This document shows positions 61,121 through 64,000 of a stretch of 64,000 bases of DNA, one piece after another. How positions within the stretch are numbered: position 1 is the stretch's first letter; every line of letters begins with the position of its first letter. This DNA is from Selaginella moellendorffii (taxonomy: Eukaryota > Plantae > Lycopodiophyta). Both the position numbers and the translations under genes were made by a program. The notes beneath the pieces are model-generated. The model worked only from the letters and a program-made list of their open reading frames with translations, ran no database searches and was not told the origin of the DNA. The stretch spans positions 1,534,602-1,598,601 of the forward strand of contig NW_003314298.1 of NCBI RefSeq assembly GCF_000143415.4, read 5' to 3'.

Positions 61121-62349
61121 ATGGCTACTATGTCTGCTGCTTTGCTGCTGCTTGCTGCCTTGAGTGGCTGCACTTTCGATTTGGCTCAAGCCACTCCAGT
61201 GAAGAAGGATGAAATGATCAAATGGGAACCAGCCACTGCAACATGGTATGGAAGTCCCAATGGAGCTGGAACTGATGGTACAATGCAATCACACCCAATA
61301 ACAAATTTTTTGAGAATTGTACAATCATCAGGAAATGATTTTTAGGAAAGAACTAGAAGAGTGTGTCGAGTTAGAATGTTATAACTCGTGATTTTTCTCA
61401 ATGCTTTCTTTCTTTTCTTTTTTTGAAGGTGGAGCTTGTGGATATGGAAGCCTGCCCAACACACCCTATGGCTCAGATGTAGGTGCTGGGAGCCCAATTC
61501 TTTTCATGAATGGAATTGGCTGTGGAACTTGTTTTGAGGTAATCTATCATGAGTTTCTTTGCTCTTCTTTCTTTCTCTGTTTTTTCAAGTTTCCCTGTAG
61601 TATCAATCTATTGAATGCATCAAATCAATCGATCATTCTCATGACAATGTGGCCATCCAAATCCATGTAGGTGAAGTGCGTCGACGGGCAGCTCTGCTCG
61701 CCTCAGCCCGTCAACGTGGTCATCACTGACGAGTGTCCCGGAGGCTACTGCTCGGGAGGAAGAACACACTTTGATCTCAGTGGCACTGCCTTTGGAAAGA
61801 TGGCCAGCGGCAGCGCAAACATCCAGCACCTCCTCGCCGCGGGAGTTCTCAATGTTCTCTACAGACGGTAAGCCTGACTCTGAGATTATTCCTGGAATAT
61901 TTGAGGAATCTCTTCCCAATTTCAGTGCTCCATGCATCTACAAGAGCCAGGGCGTCGTGTTCCAGGTCGCCGATGGCTCCACACCCTTTTGGTTTGAGAC
62001 AGTTATCAGATATCTGGATGGTCCGGGAGATCTTGCAACAGTCGAGCTCCAACAGGTAATCACCTTTTGCAAAGAAATTCCAAAGTTTTTGGTGAAGAGA
62101 TTGACAACTAATGGAACTTTTGTTACTATATAGTTTGGGTCTTCTGCTTGGCAGCCGATGAGCCAAGTTTGGGGGGCAAACTGGTGCCTGAACGCAGGTG
62201 GCGGCACGCCTTTGAGAGCTCCATTTTCGATTCGGCTCACGGCACTTCAAACCGGAGAGAAGATCATCGCCCACAATGTCATTCCTGCGAATTGGGCACC
62301 CCAACACAGCTATTCCACTGGTGTCAACTTTGACACCCGCAACTATTGA
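61121..62349 (+). CDS. EXPB: Beta-expansin (5 exons)
   Basis: Signal peptide, ATWYGSPNGAGTDGGACGYG, GCGTCFEVKC, ITDECPGG, HFDLSGTAFG, WGANW and IPANW. Confidence 0.92.
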
Positions 62350-63154
62350 CGAGAGTACTCAGGGGCTTCTGTAGTGTGTGAAAAAATGCCACACTCGGGC
62401 CAACGAAAATTCAAATCAAAGTTTGAAAAGAAGTGTCACTCGTTTCTCCAGATGCATGTTTCATGCCTATGTCATTCACAACAATGTAAGATCCATCTGG
62501 AGATTCAAGATAACCATCTGAATCATCACCCGCACTTGGATAATCTGCAAAACTTGTGGATTATCAAGGCTTGTAGTGATCTAGCAACAGATTTTGAATA
62601 TGATGCTTCCTTCATACACAGTGTGCCTGATCAAGATCCCGTGAGTAATCTCCATAGTACCGTAGTTTAGAATTGAGATGGGGCGGTGGCAAGAACATTA
62701 AAAAGCCCCTCATCATCCTTGTGCCGAGCCTCTGGACAAGCCCCAGCGATGGAAAAAATGTATACAAGAGAAACTCCCCGAAAGGACTCATCGACGTTTC
62801 GGAGACAATGAGGGTTATGGAGACCTTGCGGCCTTCGACTTCCATGCTATCTGCGAATGTTAGCCCAGCCGAATACATCTGGAACCTGGAGATGTTCTTG
62901 ATGATTTTCACAATGCCTTAAGGATTTTTTCGGAATAGCCAGTGAAACACACGGTGAAGATTAGCTAGAGCAACAACAGTAGCAGTGGTTCTCATTGTCT
63001 TTTGATCCTAGACTTATACAAGAAGAGAGCCATTTTCTATACCTCTCTCTTTCTTAATGTCTTCCATTCCGCCGAGAAAGTCTGTTGCCAGTGTTGGATT
63101 ATAAAAGAAAAACGAGGGAGCTTATGGCAGCTGCCAAGTGGCATTTTATAACTG

Positions 63155-63190
63155 TGCCACGTGTAATAAAGACCTTGAACGCCACGTCAG
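63155..63190 (+). promoter_or_regulatory. G-box/ABRE cluster upstream of PGI1
   Basis: GCCACGTGT and GCCACGTCA within about 110 bp of the ATG. Confidence 0.5.
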
Positions 63191-63266
63191 AAGGTTGACC
63201 TTGTTTTTAAAAAATGTGAGTGAGCCCTAGCACAGGAAACACCACAGGGCGGCTTTTTGTCTAGCC

Positions 63267-64000
63267 ATGGCGAGCTTGGCACACCAATGCGCGTCTCGTC
63301 TCGATTGTAGATCCAGGATCGAGCGAATCGGCGCCCTTTCTAGCATCCCTGGAGCTAATCCAAGCAGGATCGCAAGAACCAGGGGGCGGATCTGTGGAGC
63401 GATCGCCAGCAGCGGCACCGGTGGCGCTTCCGCTGCCCTTATGGAGAAGCCGGCGCTGGAGATGGAGGCTAGCGCGCTGTGGGAGAGGTATGTGGAGTGG
63501 CTCTACCAGCACAAGGAGCTCGGCTTGTACGTGGATGTGAGCCGGATGGGATTTAGCGATGGCTTTGTCAAGGCGATGGAGGAGAGGTTTGCAAAGGCTT
63601 TCAAGGACATGGAGAAGCTCGAAGGCGGTGATATCTCCAATCCGGACGAGAAAAGAATGGTTGGCCACTACTGGCTGAGAAACTCCGAGCTTGCTCCAAG
63701 CTACTATCTGAAGAAGCAAATCGATGAGACGCTCGAGGGAGTGAAGGCTTTCGCTGGAGATGTTATCAGCGGTAAGGTAAAGCTTCTTTGATCGATCCAT
63801 CGATCGAGTTCTTTCGTACACGTTCTTCTAGTTCTCATACTGTGATCTTTACTTTGCGAGCAGATAAAGCCACCACCATGCCCAGCGGGAAAATTCACGC
63901 ATGTTTTGTCGATTGGAATTGGAGGCTCCGCGTTAGGACCTCAGTTTGTGGCCGAAGCCTTGGCACCTGATAATCCTCCTCTTGAGGTGATTAATTTGTA
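63267..64000 (+). CDS. PGI1: Plastidic glucose-6-phosphate isomerase, 5' part (runs off window)
   Basis: Transit peptide, [40 protein letters not shown] and [17 protein letters not shown]. Confidence 0.95.

Noticed and set aside
5062-64000. Clock/light gene cluster (ELF3, SIG5, PGI1)
   Set aside because: The genes are more than 50 kb apart with many unrelated genes between them; chance is sufficient.

Overview
Eukaryotic land-plant nuclear DNA. The gene density, 50-70 bp introns, GC-rich exons and an rDNA-associated Chlamys-type retroelement suggest a spike moss (Selaginella), but this is an inference. Gene-dense blocks hold about 17 protein-coding genes: ELF3, a MAKR/DUF1645-like gene, OCTOPUS-like DUF740, a DUF266/BC10-like glycosyltransferase, a PH-like protein, PTM-like DDT-PHD, RNase H2B, an ABCG half-transporter, an At1g32220-like Rossmann protein, an SDN exonuclease, a TPR-DnaJ protein, DDR4-like DDT, a SYP12-type syntaxin, TMEM18, plastid SIG5, a beta-expansin and the 5' part of plastid PGI1. 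AT-rich decayed islands separate these blocks. They contain a rearranged Copia relic, a papain pseudogene, decayed partial copies of RNase H2B and ABCG, an orphan secreted-type ORF, and a full-length Gypsy (4-bp TSD, tRNA-Ala-type PBS) with a nested solo LTR. The most notable item is invisible in the ORF track: a decayed Penelope-like retroelement with N-terminal GIY-YIG and C-terminal RT, fused directly behind a ~250 bp 25S rDNA fragment that spans the R2 target region, at a non-rDNA locus. All calls come from reading motifs by eye; no searches were run, and exon boundaries are approximate.
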